NCBI RefSeq assembly: GCF_018350175.1
Contig: NC_058368.1
Location: 60,948,001 to 61,012,000 of the forward strand
Source: Felis catus
Taxonomy: Eukaryota
Direction of reading: 5' to 3'
DNA length: 64,000 bases
Part shown: positions 23,941-37,106 of the stretch, piece after piece
Numbering within the stretch: position 1 is the first letter of the stretch
Layout: each line of letters opens with the position of its first letter
Program-made: the position numbers and the translations under genes
The notes under the pieces: generated by a model
The model's database searches: none
Told to the model about the DNA's origin: nothing
The model's input: the letters and a program-made list of their open reading frames with translations, nothing else

Positions 23941-25579
23941 CTGTCACATTCTTATTTATCTTACACGTAATAATCTCTCTAGATTGTAGTCAAATTTTGC
24001 TTGGTTCTTATTTCAATTGCACTGCAGTTTCAAGTGTGATCTCCTAACTGGAGGAAGGTCTGCATAACTGAAGCTCCTAATCTGGCAATTGCTTTTTACA
24101 CTCTATTAAAGACGATTACTAGGAGTAGTTTCTTTTACCTGGAAAGGAAAACAATACATTCTCATGGTCTTGCCTCAGGTCTGTATTAATTGTCATCCTC
24201 TCTGCAGATAGTAGTGTAGAGATCTTGAGTTCCTTTACATAATGCAGAATATAAAACAGATTATCTATTGATGAGAACATGCTGATTAGTCTTGAGATTG
24301 AGGGACCAAATTAGTTAGGACACATACCTTCTGGAAGGGTAAAGAATTGTGAAAATTCAGTGTTCTTCCATTTCAGTGAAATTTACAGGGGACTAGTAGT
24401 CTGAAAGATTGTCATGGCATTCTCCTCAAATTAGGACACAGGTTGCTATTACATATACAACCTATCACTAAGACCTGAAAAGCTTGGTTGGGCCCCTTAA
24501 ATGTTGGTGACAGCATACGTTGCATTCAAGTAATGCATAAGGGTGCAGAGTTTGAGTGGGACCCTGAGCATGAAAGGTTCTGCAACATTTCCAGGCTGGG
24601 ATAAAAAATTTTCTCCTTGACTGTTCTTTCTAACCCAGCAGATCCAATTGTACTCTAATAAATCCATACATTATATTAAATCTCTGAAGAGCCCCAGCAG
24701 AAGAGTCACAAAGTAGATCCCTAGGAATTTGGGTTCTTCTTCAGATGCTTGAGATGTTCTTCATAGCTGACTGTTGGGCTTTAGAACTTAATACCTGTCC
24801 TTGGGACATAAAGTGCCTGTGTAGCCTGATGTGCCATTATAAATTGTAAGGAATCTATCACATTATAGGCTTTGGTATTGCAGCAATACACGCTGTCCAA
24901 CAGAAAATGGTTTATATGCTCCTGACTGAGCAAGGGCAGCTCCTCACGTACAAGTTTAAGTGTGGTTCAAATACTTGTGTAGTATCTACTCCTAAGCTGC
25001 TAGTCTTTGTCCTCAGTCCACATCTATTTTCTCACAGGGAGTTTTTGGAATGTTTGTCAATTTTTTTTGAAGTCTATGTTCTACCCAGTATTTTTATTTT
25101 AACTGCCAAAAGGCTCCAGGAGCATGAGAAGCATCCCTATAAGACACTAGCAAAGTCAGCAAGGAATACATTTGTCTTCTGTGTTTGAATCTGGAGAAGT
25201 CAAATGTATGTATTCTTTTCCACTGAGGATCAGAAAGTAATAGTTTGGCTGGATGGAAATGGGGGAATAACACAGTGTTTTGATTATCATTCATATTTAA
25301 ACTTCCTTATATAAAATTATATATTTTAGTCACTATAATGACTCTTTCCACTATGTCTGCTATTATATTTTATGCAGAGAATGAGGGTTGGAATAATTAT
25401 AAATTAATTTTGATTCTGGAATAACTTGGTTGCCTTAGGGAATTTTAAAATTTGTATTCTTGTACATATGTATACTCACACATGTATATAGATCTTCATG
25501 TGTTTATATACATATGTATATGTGTATATATAAAATATATGTAAAACAATATGAATATGTAAATGAAGGACTATTTTAT

Positions 25580-26030
25580 TCACTCATTTAATTTCTGTTT
25601 AACTTCCTTGAAGAGCTTTTCCTTGACCACTTGAAGGGAAATCTCAACATCCCCCAACACTTTTTACTTAATCTGCATTAGCTTATTCATATAAATCATA
25701 GTTATTTCCTTAACTGTTTATTTCCTATATCCATCTAGCAAATGGGAGTCATACAGCTACAGTCTGTGGCTTTGCTCCTAGCATATAGGAGAGTGCCTGT
25801 TTCAAAAATTTTGTTGGATGAAGTTAGAGGAGGGGAAGATCATTAGGAAGTTGCACTGTCACAAATATGGTTACTGACTTTGTCACTAAATAGTCATTAG
25901 TTTTTTTGGCATTCTTAATGTCACCATATTACAGTTTTATCACCTGCAAAATGGCAGTAATAAAGGTATCTTACCAGAAAGGTAATTTGTTTGTATCAAG
26001 TGACTTACTGTAAAATAAAGCATTTACATG
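25580..26030 (+). mobile_element. L2 3' end relic followed by a MIR relic
   Basis: TTCCTTGACCAC..AAAATTTTGTTGGATGAA (L2 tail); CAGTTTTATCACCTGCAAAATGGCAGTAATAA (MIR core). Confidence 0.55.
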
Positions 26031-26807
26031 ACTGCTTATTATTTACGTACTGATTCTAGCAGAATCTTTTCCTTCCTAGTCACTTTACATTGCCATTGTT
26101 GACTTGAATGTTTGTTCCAAACGATGAATGTGAGTTCGCTTAACAAATATCTTCATATTATCCATAATGTACAGATTGTATGGTTTAGAGAATAAAACAA
26201 TTATAATTCAAAATTTTCTACCAATTTATCTCAATTTAAACATTAACATAGTTTATTATTTTTCTATGCATTGAATTTCTGTATTTAAACTGCATGGGGC
26301 CATCAAGCTGTGTTTTCAATTAACTCAAAAAATCTCTTTTTCCATTTGCAACAGTAAGGAGTCCCATCACAGAGGGTAGTATCAGCAATCTGTTTTTCAT
26401 CTTGTAATTACACAAGAAATCTTCTAACAATGGAATGATCACAAGAGAGATGATCCAGTATGCTCACACATAGCTACAGATCAGTTAAAATGTCTTACTT
26501 CAAGGTATCTTCAATTTTTAAAAGATCGAGCTACTCTGTCTTTATTTGACCCAAAGTCAAATAAGCATTTAAGAAACACATGTACAGGTTCTTCATCTTG
26601 AGTTGTGCCTTTGTTTTTGTTTTCCTTAATTGATTTTCTTTATTGTTAAATGTTCTTTTTTATATGATGCAGTAGTTATATGTACTAGCTTGTGGAACCT
26701 AAATTTGCATCCTGTATTAATTATAAACTGTATGCCCTTAAACAAATTACTCAATATTTTTGGCTCGTAATTTCATCTTTAAAATGGAATAATAACACCT
26801 CATTGAA

Positions 26808-26905
26808 TGTGTGTGTGTATGTATATATACATATATATGTGTGTGTGTGTGTATATATATGTATATATATGTGTATATATATATATATATACGTATATAT
26901 ATGTG

Positions 26906-26952
<47 letters not shown>
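26808..26952. repeat. Compound (TG)/(TA)/(CA) microsatellite at a SINE tail
   Basis: About 145 bp of alternating purine-pyrimidine sequence. Confidence 0.95.
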
Positions 26953-27154
26953 TTTTTTTTGAGAAAGAGAGAGCGCGGCCATGCATGTGTGAGTGGGAGA
27001 GGGGCAGAGAGAGAGAGAGGGAAACACAAAATTTGAAGCAGGTTGCAGGCTCTAAGCTGTCAGCAAAGACCCCAATGTGGGGCTCGAACTCATGAACTGT
27101 GAGATCATGACCTGAGCTGAAGTCGGACACTTAACCGAGTCACCCAGGCGCCCC
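26953..27154 (-). mobile_element. Can-SINE
   Basis: GGGCTCGAACTC, CATGACCTGAGCTGAAGTCGG, CACCCAGGCGCCCC. Confidence 0.93.
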
Positions 27155-28389
27155 ACATTAGTATAATTTTTAAAGAAATTAAATGATTTATAGCAGATAG
27201 AACTATTCCCTTTATTCAAGTATATGAACTCTCAGCTGCTTTCTGAAAACCTGATCAGTTCACTTAAGGGCTTTCTGTAGCCTAAAGCAAGCTTTTTAGC
27301 TTGGCAAAAGGTCTTTGATAGTATATTACCTTTCTGTCCTTGCTCCTTGCAGAACTTCTTCTTTGGTAATTTCTTTTGCAGCCAGGTCAGAGGACAGTTT
27401 CCCCAAAACACCATATTTATTCTTTGTGATGTTTTTGTTGAGGATGAACTACAAACTGCTATTTGGAAAACTGTTTCTTATTCAAGATTCAGTAACACCA
27501 TAATGTTCTCTAAGATATTAAATAAAAACTTTCTCTGTCTTTCAGTCTGCCATTTACCTGTGTTATACTTCTGTGTACTTCATTTATGGTCTGTTTCACT
27601 AAGTTACATAAATGATAGTGATGCTTTTCACATTTATGTATCTCCAGTTTTTACTGTGGCAATAAATGTTAAATATGTATTTGTTACATGAATGGGGAAA
27701 TGTGTTTTGGAATTCAATTGTGGAATTCTTAGGTTTTGGGGAGATGTGGGAGACAGTAGTGGGATTTTAACACATCCTCTTTGGATTGGTGAATATGCAA
27801 ATTTTTTAGTCTATGAAATTTCTTGACTTCATATTCAAAGTTCTTTTACCTTTTATAGCATACTAATTTGAAGTCAAGAGTAAGTCCATAATGGTTAATA
27901 AATACACAAACACAGCAAAGATCAGGGAAGAAAGGGGAGAGGAAAGAAAAAATGCAAACTGTTCTGTGCTTAAACTATTGGAAGAAGAAATTGAGTACTG
28001 AGATATGGTACTAAATATAAAACCTAAGTTGTATACTTGTCTAATAGGATGTGTAAAAAAAAAAAAAGTTCAGGGGAAGGAGTAGGTTTCTAAATGAGGA
28101 CAATAAAACTTTTAAAATAGAAATTAAAGAGTTTTTCTTAAAGCTTTTTCCTAGAATCAGACTTAATCTTTGTCAAAAGGGACCAGAATGTGAAGTAAAT
28201 GGAAAGTGTATAATTAACATCTGTGAAAATCGTAAAATTTTTAAAACAAAACTAGCAGATATGTCTGGCTTAAGGTTTCTTGCCCCTTCTCTATTCAAAA
28301 TATTTATTATATATCATGCAGAACATGTAAAGCCCTGGATATACAAGGTGTATTGAAATACAAAGTCTTTTAACTTTGTACCTGGGATA

Positions 28390-29520
28390 TGGAGGAAAAG
28401 TGGGTTAATGACCAATATTCATTGTTGTAGATAAGAATATACCAAGAAAAGATTATGTGCAAAGGTGTAGAAATTAGAGGAAACAGAATGTTAAGTGTAA
28501 AGGAGTTTTGGTATGGCTAAGTTATAGACAGGTGTGAAGAGGAGGATAGAAATTCAATTAGAGAGAAAGCTGAAATCAAGATATGCAATCACTTGTAGAA
28601 GTTTTGTTTGGACATGATCAGAAGTGGGATGACTGACTATCAAAGGATTTTAATTAGGTAAGTGACAATTTCAAATACACGTTTAGGAAAAAAAAATCAC
28701 TCTTCCTACAGGAAGGGAGGAGAATTATTAAACGCTGGGAAAGTGGTTATGAGGTTATTGTAGAAGTGCTGATCGAGAGAGATGATAGTTCTCTGTAATC
28801 AGGATGGGACAAACAGTAGAAATGGAGAGACCTAGGGTGATACAAATATTACGTTCAAAATTTTTATTAAAAATAGGATCAGACCACAAAAACTTGATGA
28901 CATTAGCAAATGGATGAATATTGTGCATTCTAACTAGAGACCTTAAATCTATTGAAATAGATTTGAGAAGATAAACCCAATTTTGAACACACTGAGGTAA
29001 AAGCCCTATACATTTGCAAGTGGAAATCCACAATTGCTGCCGTAATTTGAGAAATTTGGGTTGAAGTTTTAAAGTTGAAAAATATGAAAGTTAATTGAAT
29101 TCATTAGAGTGTGAAGAGTAAAAACAGGGTCAGTGACAGACTTAGAGAAAATTCAACATGTACAGTAGTTGGAGAAGAAGAGATTGGAAAGTTTGGGATG
29201 GAAATAGAAATAAAAATGCCCACCCCCCCAAATAAAACTAGGTCAGTATGCAAAGTAATTGAAAAGGAGGTTTAGAGAAGTTTGGTGCTGTCAAGGGTGC
29301 TAAATATTGCCAAGTAGTCAAGGAAGGGTTTGTTTTAGAAATGAGGAATTAGTGTTTCCTGAGAGAATGTTTACTGGAGTGCTAATTAGAAAGGCTATAG
29401 ATTACATAGGCCTGTGAAGATTGTGGGAGAGGAGAGAATAGTGAACAGTTGACCATATTTATTCCATCAAATAATGGGAGTGGAAGGCTTTTAGAAGAAT
29501 GTCACAAGGATTGATATTTG
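28390..29520 (-). mobile_element. LINE-2 relic
   Basis: Purine-rich, with AAGGATTTTAATTAGGTAAGTGACA, GAGAGATGATAGT and AGTAGTCAAGGAAG typical of antisense L2. Confidence 0.5.
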
Positions 29521-29579
29521 TCTAAAGTATGAGGCCCCTCAATCATATTGTGATATTAGCAGGAGGTGCGTGATGCCAT

Positions 29580-32160
29580 GTGGAAATTAAAACTTCATTG
29601 TATTAGTAACAGTGCTCCCTGGCAGCCAGGGATTAATGAAAAGCATGGAGAGTAGAGAGCTGAAGAAAGTAAGTCTTAAATCTGTGTATAAAGCCTTGAG
29701 GTCAAGACTGAATGGTGTATCTCTGAGACTGACCCAAAACCTGCTACAGCATTGACTTTTAAGAATTAAATTGGGGTATAAAACACCACTCAGTCTCCAC
29801 ACTGGGCCTTGGGTAGTGCACATACGTGGCACACCCAAATAACATTGGAAATCTTTGAAAACTAAACTGATACCAGAAACAAAGCCCACAGAAAGATTTG
29901 TAGTATGAACCTAACGAGGTTGATCTCCTGCTCTAATAAATTTTTAGAAAATGAACATTCTTGAAAAAGATAATAGGACTCAGAGTTCCATAACAAAAAG
30001 AGAAAATATCCAGGATATAATCCCAATTCCTTGAAAAGCACAGAACCAGGAAAACTACTCTCAAGGAAAGGTTAATAAACTTTGCAAAGTTTTTGAAATA
30101 AGATTTCAAAGAAATGACTATAACCATGCTCTAATAAATATAGGCAAATATATTTCAAATTAATCAAAAGTCAGAAGGCTTAGTCAAGAAATGAAAAATT
30201 CAATAATTGAAGTGATTTAACTGTATATTCTCAAGAATAGAATGAAAATGACAAAATCAGTAAACTTGATGGCTGAGCCATATATATTTACCAATCTGAA
30301 AAAAGAAGCAAAAATATACATCTTTAGAGACATTGTGGGATAATATCAAAGAATCTTATATTCATATTTTGGAATCTCTGAAGTAACAGCTATGTGTTAA
30401 AAAAAATACATATTTGAAGTATCTAGGGCTTAAAACTTCCAAAGTTTAAAGAAATAATTGACACATTGAAGAATTAGAAAATTCCAAGCAGAAATTCAAA
30501 GAATGCCATAGCTAGATGCATTATAACAAGACAGGTGAAAATTGAAGCGAAAGATAATACTTAAAGGCAAACCAAGATTTCAGCACATTATAAAGAGATG
30601 AACACTGACACAGATGATTGCATGTTTCTCATGAAAAAAAAAATCAGAATATAGTGTGATAATGCTTTTAAAATATTGAAAGTAAATGATAGTAAACCTC
30701 AGCATCCTATCCAGCAAAAATAGCCTTCTAGAAAAAAGATGAAGACCTTCTAAAGTTAAACACAAAATAAAAATACAATGACAGTATAAAAGTAGGTAAG
30801 TTAGTTGTAAAGGTTTTATAGTAGAAATGCTGAATGAAATTCTTCAGGCAGAATGGAAGTAATATTGTAGGAAAACTTGGAACTTCAGAATTAAAGAATA
30901 GCAACAATGATCATGTCTCAAATGTAAGCAGCCTATCTTTTTAAAAAAGTGATTGCTGAAAGTAAGGTTACACACTTTTCTGAAATATGTTGAATATAGA
31001 AGGATGTAAATATGACAACTACGGTTTAAGGTAGGGTACTTAAAGGATTGTAGCATGTAAAGTCACCACACTGGGCCCTGGGTAGTGCACATATGTGACA
31101 CACCCAAATAACATTGGAAATATTTGAAAACTAAAGTGATACCAGAAAGAAAGCCCACAGAAAGATTTATGTCTTTCTCACACAAACTGTGTGAGTAGCT
31201 GGACAGTATGTGTTGTAATCCTTGTATCACCACTAAAAACACAATTCAAAGAAATATAGTAAAAAAACAATAGATATGTTAAATGAGATTTAAAAAATAA
31301 TAAAAAAGAGCCAGGAAAAATGAAACAGAAGAGTGAATACAGTGAAGACACTTGGAACACAAAATAAGACTGAAATCCAGCTCCACCAATACTTAAATGT
31401 AAATTACCTACACACAACACATGAATATGCTATGTTGGGATTATACATTGTTCCAAGACCCCACTTTGAATATAATTAAGGACAATTAAAGAGTAAAAGA
31501 ATAGAAAATTATATATATAAGCTAAGTAAATCTTGAATGTCTTTATCAGGTAATTTGAATTTAAAAATAAGGAAAATGCCTCAAAGAAGCATAGGAGATA
31601 GGGTAAACAGGGTTAATTCAAGAAGAAATAGCAGTCCTAAAAGTGTATGCAACTGAGAAAAAAGGTTCAACATGAAACAAAAACCGGTAGAATTGAATAT
31701 ATTTTCACACTTGGACATTTCAACATTCCTGTCTTGTTAATTAATAAAACAAGTAGAGACAAATAGCAAGCAGTAAATGAAAAACCATGAAAAACTGTAT
31801 CAACCAACATTACCCAACTAGGATTTACAGAATATGCAACCCCAGAATAGTAAAATATATATTCTTTTGAAGTGCATATGGGACATCACAAAATAGACCA
31901 TATGCTGTGTTACAAAACAAACTTTAACAAATTTAAAAGAATTGAAATTATACAAAATATATCCCTTGACCATAATGGAAATAAACTAGGAATAATAAAG
32001 TGTATACCAAAATCCTGCACCTATTTAGACACTAGATTATACATTTCTAAATAACTGTTGAAAAGGAAACCTATTTTAAACTGAATGAAAATGAATATAC
32101 AACATCAAAATGTGAGTTGAAGTTAAAGCAGTAGTTGGAAAAAAAAAAAGCAGCATTAAG
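29580..32160 (+). mobile_element. Ancient L1M 5' portion (5'UTR, ORF1, inter-ORF and EN remnants)
   Basis: A-rich; AACCTCAGCATCCTATCCAGCAAAAATAGCCTT (ORF1 C-term), CTTAAATGTAAAT, and 31872-32054 KIDHMLCYKTNFNKFKRIEIIQNISLDHNG (EN end). Confidence 0.8.
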
Positions 32161-33669
32161 AATACTCTTTGATACCTTTACGCAGTAAAGATGTGTCACC
32201 TGAGTGAAAGTAAATAGGATTTACCTGTTGTCTAATGCGATTTCTAAGCATCAATAACGTGAGGTATGTTCAAATGACACCACACATCCAATACAATCAA
32301 TCAAATTGATTTACCCTGAGTCTGGAGTCTATACACCCAGATGGTTGACTAAGTGTTGATAACATTGGTATATTTTATATTGCAAGGACACTCAGATGAT
32401 TATGTTTGTGTGTTATATGCAGTAATATTATCAATCAATATAAAGTGCTTTTAAGGGATGGTATTTTTCTTTAATGTTCCAAATTTCAGGATATACACTA
32501 ATTTCAAAACTCAAGTTCATAGAAGGAAATGATTAAGTAAATTTAGAGCCTTTTTTCCCCTAAAATATGTATTTTTTTCCACTGACAAGAGATTTTAAAT
32601 TGTTATTGAAATATCTTTGTCCTTAAAATGAAAAAATGAAAGAGCATCCTGGGGCAATTTCCTTTATTCTGGAAGCACATTTTATGGGGGGGGGGGGACA
32701 ACTGAAGGGTACATAAAACTGTAGCCTTCCTACACATTGGAATATGTAGGAAGATTCCAGAAATTGCATGATTCTATGTTGCATAGACTTGAGGATATTT
32801 TGCCCCTCTTGTCCAGAACATTCATTCATATGTTATTAAATGGAAATTTCAGGATACCAGATCATGGTGACAGTTGCTGCAGATATTTTGTTACATGTGT
32901 ACCTTTTGAACTGCACATTGCCCGAACAATATATAGTTCTTTACTTTTGAATGCTCTTTGAAGGCAAATGATCTTAATAGGCTAAATTGTCTTCAAGATC
33001 TGAACTTGCTCATTGAGTTTGGGGCAGGTGTAGGGAGTCGGTGGCAGAGTCGCTTAACCTGCATCCTTTTGTGGAGTCCTTCTGCTGAAGTAAAAGGTCT
33101 TACTGTTTATTTCTTGGCTGAAATCGTCACTCTGTGGTAAACTGTTACAAGCTGCAATTACTTGAAATTCTAATTTATTTTCTCCTGGATGGGGAGGGTC
33201 ATTTTATTTCTTATTCCCTTTAGGGAGCTATACATATGAATAAAGCATAGAAAAGGGTTCTAACCCGGGTTTGCATTGTGCAGTCATTAAAGGCCACTTT
33301 GAACTTTTGTCTTAAATCTTCAAATGCATGAATCCACCAGTGTTAGAGCTCTTATAAAGCATAGAAAATTGTTTCTCTGGGAGAGCTATAACATTATGTG
33401 GTAATTATAATTTTTGGCTGAAAGTTACCAATGAAGAAGGTAGGCAAAAAAATTAATACTCCTTTTGTAGAACTATTTGGGTGATTTCAACAGATGCAGG
33501 ATTTTTGATAGACAAACACATTTTTATTACTGAGTTTCTGTAATGGGAAAGGTATTTAATTAAGTTACCTTAAGTAAACTAGGTCATATTGTAACTTGTG
33601 TATTGTAATAAAGTTCTGTTCTTCTAGCACATTCTGCTTTCCATCTTGGGGTCCTCAGACTTCCTGGTT

Positions 33670-34750
33670 GATTTTTAATTTGTGTACAGTAAGGTCTACT
33701 TTGTTCTGTATATTCTATTTATGAAAAATACTTAGTATCACATATCTACCATCACAGTACCATCCAGATGGGCTCCACAACTCTAAAAAGTGCCCGATTT
33801 CCCTCTGTTGAATACTCCCTACTCCCATACCCTTGGTAAACACTGATTTGTTGTCTATACTACTAATTTTACGTTTCCCAGATACCATGTTACTGGAACT
33901 GCATATTATGTAATTTTTCTGATCTAGCTCCTTTCACTTAGCATGGTGTCATAAGGATTCAGCTGTGACTCTTTCATCTTTTATTGACTAATATTCCAGT
34001 GTGTAGATGTATACAGTTTCTTTAACCTTTTACCTTCTGAAGGGCATCTTGTTTGCCTCTGCTTTTTAGCAATTGTGAATAGAGCTGCTATAAGCATTCA
34101 TGTGTTGTGTGGATCTAAGTTTTCAAGTCCACAGGGTAAAATACATGGGAGCATGCTTGCTAGGTCCCATGTTAAGTACAGTTTACCCGTGAACAATGTG
34201 GTGGTTACGGGTGCCCAACTCCGGCCTGTGCATGGTTGAAAATTCATATTATAACTTTTGGCCTCCCCCCCCCCCCCCCCCCCCGCCCACAAAACTTAAT
34301 AGCCTACTGTTGACCAGAAGCTTTAACAATAACATAAACAGTTGACTAAAATATCTTGTGTATTCTATGTATTACATACTGTATTCTTACAGTGAAGTAA
34401 GCTAGAGAAAAGAAAATATTAAATTATAGGGAAGAGAAAATACACTACTGAAATGTATTTATTGAAAAAAAAATCTTCTAAGTAGGCCCATGCAATTCAA
34501 ATTCCTCTTGTTCAAGGGTCAACTGTGTATTTAAAAGGGCTTCTTAGGAAATACCTGCTGCAGTTTGCATTTCCATCAGCAACAGGTGAGAATTCTTGTT
34601 CCGCATCTTCATCAGCATTTGGTATTGAAATTACTGGAATTACCACCATTTTAATAAGTGTTTTGATTTGCTATTCCCTAATGGCAAAAGATGTTGAGCA
34701 TCTTTTCATATGTATATTGGCCATCTATATACCTTCTTTGGTTCTTGTTT
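33670..34750 (-). mobile_element. Old L1M 3' fragment interrupted by a Tigger element
   Basis: CTTTCACTTAGCATG, GTGAATAGAGCTGCTATAAGCATTCATGT, GATGTTGAGCATCTTTTCATATG. Confidence 0.75.
34179..34525. mobile_element. TcMar-Tigger non-autonomous element (Tigger2a-like)
   Basis: TIRs CAGTTTACCCGTGAACAA / TTGTTCAAGGGTCAACTG, preceded by TA; internal C20 run at 34265-34284. Confidence 0.88.
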
Positions 34751-35637
34751 AGTCAAGTGTTTTTAAGAAAGCTTGTTTTTATTTTCTGAGGGTATTAAAA
34801 TTCTACCAACCTTCTTTTAAATCACTGTGAATTTTTAACTGGCAATTCTCCTAGGATAATTTTTAGCAAAAGCTCACAAAGAGGACATGACCAAAAACAT
34901 GTTGCCATTCTAATTGTCGTAAAGCAGATGTTTACTTCACTGAAATAACTGGTGTTTCTGTTGGAAAATGTTTGCCAAAACATTTTATTTTGACCAACAA
35001 ACTATGATTGTTACCAAATAAAGGATTTGTTGAGAAAAACATATGTTCAATTGTGAATAGAAAAGCCAACTTCTGATATTATGCTATTACACTGACAGCC
35101 TGAAATAAGATTACATGAAATTACATATTTTTAATATTAATACTTTATAATTTGAGGGATAAAACTACATTTCTAATGGTTAGAAACTGTTACATATAAA
35201 ATTTAAAGTATTTACATTGTCCTTAATATAGACTGTGTATGATCTTAACAAATCCATGTGCTACAATGGATCTAACTTAAATATGGTTGATTGCAATATA
35301 ACAAGTATTACATAATAGCATTTATGGCTATTAGTCAAAAATAGCTATAAGTCAAATTGAATCATCAGGTAATTCATAACTTTAGATTTACTATGTATGT
35401 GACATTGCATTTTAAAATTTACTACAGTTTGAGATTTCTATATTTTCTGACAAATCTGTATTTCAGAGAATTCCATTACATAATTACCAACTATCATGAA
35501 ATATCTTCTTTCATTTTCTGAGTGAATGGTGCTACTTCCAAGAATAACGCTAACTCTACCTAGTTTACTCCCCATAAATGCGTTTATTTGATTCACTACA
35601 TGTACTTTCCTCTTTAGTATTGTACCTGAAGATATAT

Positions 35638-35848
35638 AATTTTTTTTTTAACGTTTATTTATTTTTGAGACAGAGACACAGCACGAACGGGGGAGGGGCA
35701 GAGAGAGAGGGAGACACAGAATCAGAAGCAGTCTCCAGGCTCTGAGCCATCAGCCCAGAGCCCAACACAGGGCTTGAACTCGTGGATCGTGAGATCGTGA
35801 CCTGAGCTGAAGTCGGAAGCTCAACCGACTGAGCCACCCAGGCGCCCC
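35638..35848 (-). mobile_element. Felid Can-SINE
   Basis: TSD TGAAGATATAT at 35627-35637 and 35849-35859. Confidence 0.95.
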
Positions 35849-35924
35849 TGAAGATATATTTTAAAAACTGGTGCTTAAACATACAGGTAGTGGATAAAAC
35901 AAGATGGCTGCCCAAGATGAGTCA

Positions 35925-36529
35925 CAATATTTAATGTATTTACCACAAACATAATATTAAAAAAACTTTATTATTATTTTTGTAGGTTAGGAGTCTGGCC
36001 CAGTGTGGCACACTGTTGTCTCTGCTCCAGGTTCATAGGATCAAAATCAATGTCACCAAAGCCAAGTTCCTTTCTTTAGGCTCTGGAGAAGAATGTACTT
36101 CCAAACTTATTTAGGTTGTTAGCAGAATTTTGTTACTTGTGGTTGTAGGACTGAAGTACTTGTTTCCCATCTCATTGTCAACCAGGAAACACCCTTATCT
36201 TCTAGAGACCTTTCTTATAAGTGTGCCACATGCATGGAACTGTCTCAGAATCTGCAGTGATATGTCATATGTTTCTCCCTCTTGGAATCATTCTGACTTC
36301 CTTTTCTGAATCTCTTCTGATTCCTGCAATGCATGTTTCTGACTCCTGCCAGAGTAAGTTGTCTTCAACATCTCATTAGATTGGACTCACCTTAGATAAC
36401 CCACAGTCTAATTTAAATCTTTAAATTTAATATAATTTTTACAGTTCTTTTTGCTATGAAACATAACATATTCAAGGGCTCCAGGGATTAGGATGTGGAT
36501 TCCTTTGGGTGACCATTTTAAATACCACA
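35925..36529 (-). mobile_element. MaLR solo LTR (MLT1E-like)
   Basis: TTACCACAAAC..GGCTCTGGAGAAGAAT..GGTTGTAGGACTGAAGT..CCAGGGATTAGGATGTGGA..TACCACA. Confidence 0.75.
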
Positions 36530-36727
36530 CTTTTACACACTAGACTAAGATTACTGAAATGTAATAGATGGCAGATGTTAAAGATTTTGAATTGTTCCAT
36601 CTAAAATTGGCTTATTAAAACCTAATTGAATATTTCATTATGCAGGTAATTATATTGCCTGAATGAATAGCAAACATTAAAAGTATTACACACTATGGGT
36701 TATGTATTTAATTTAGCATAAATTTGC

Positions 36728-37106
36728 TTTTTTTTTTCCTTAAGAGAACAAGTTGTGGGGCGCCTGGCTGGCTCAGCCAGTTAAGTGTCCAATTTAGGCT
36801 CAGGTCATGATCTCACAGCTTGTGAGTTAAAGCCCCACATCAGGCTCTGTGCTAACAGCTCAGAGCCTAGAGCCTGCTTCAGATTCTGTCTCCCTCTCTC
36901 TCTCTGCCCCTGCCCCACTTGTGCGCACGCGTTCTCTTTCAAATACAAATAAACATTAAAAAAAAATCAAGTGGGTGTGGGGACAGAGGAAATGAGAGAG
37001 AGAATCTTAAGCAGGCTCCACTGTGGAGCCAACATGGGGCTGGATCCTTCCACCCTGATAAATTCAAGAGTTGAACACTTATCTGATGGAGCCACCCAGG
37101 TGCTCC
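36728..37106 (-). mobile_element. Older Can-SINE split by an opposite-strand SINE
   Basis: T tail at 36728-36742; body resumes at about 36968 (GAGAATCTTAAGCAGGCTCCAC..GAGCCACCCAGGTGCTCC). Confidence 0.75.
36757..36966 (+). mobile_element. Can-SINE nested in the older SINE
   Basis: GGGGCGCCTGGCTGGCTCAG head, CT tract and A tail; CAAGT on both flanks. Confidence 0.92.

Larger units (their letters stand above)
21440..25080 (+). mobile_element. Decayed ERVL-class (class III) endogenous retrovirus internal region: gag-, protease- and RT-like remnants
   Basis: About 24069-24290 translates to NLAIAF / FTWKGKQYILMVLPQVCINCHPLC / SIDENMLI, matching ERVL RT DLANAF / FTWQGQQYTFTVLPQGYVNSPALC / YIDDIMLI. 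Gag-like AATGCATTAGTGAGGG at 22868. Confidence 0.8.

Noticed and set aside
26692..27130. Five overlapping ORFs with CVCV/YIYI/HTHT repeats
   Set aside because: Dinucleotide microsatellite and SINE sequence that happen to lack stops.
32726..32753. Hairpin CTTCCTACA-N10-TGTAGGAAG as a miRNA or structured RNA
   Set aside because: A 9-bp stem is too short for a pre-miRNA and is plausible by chance in 64 kb.
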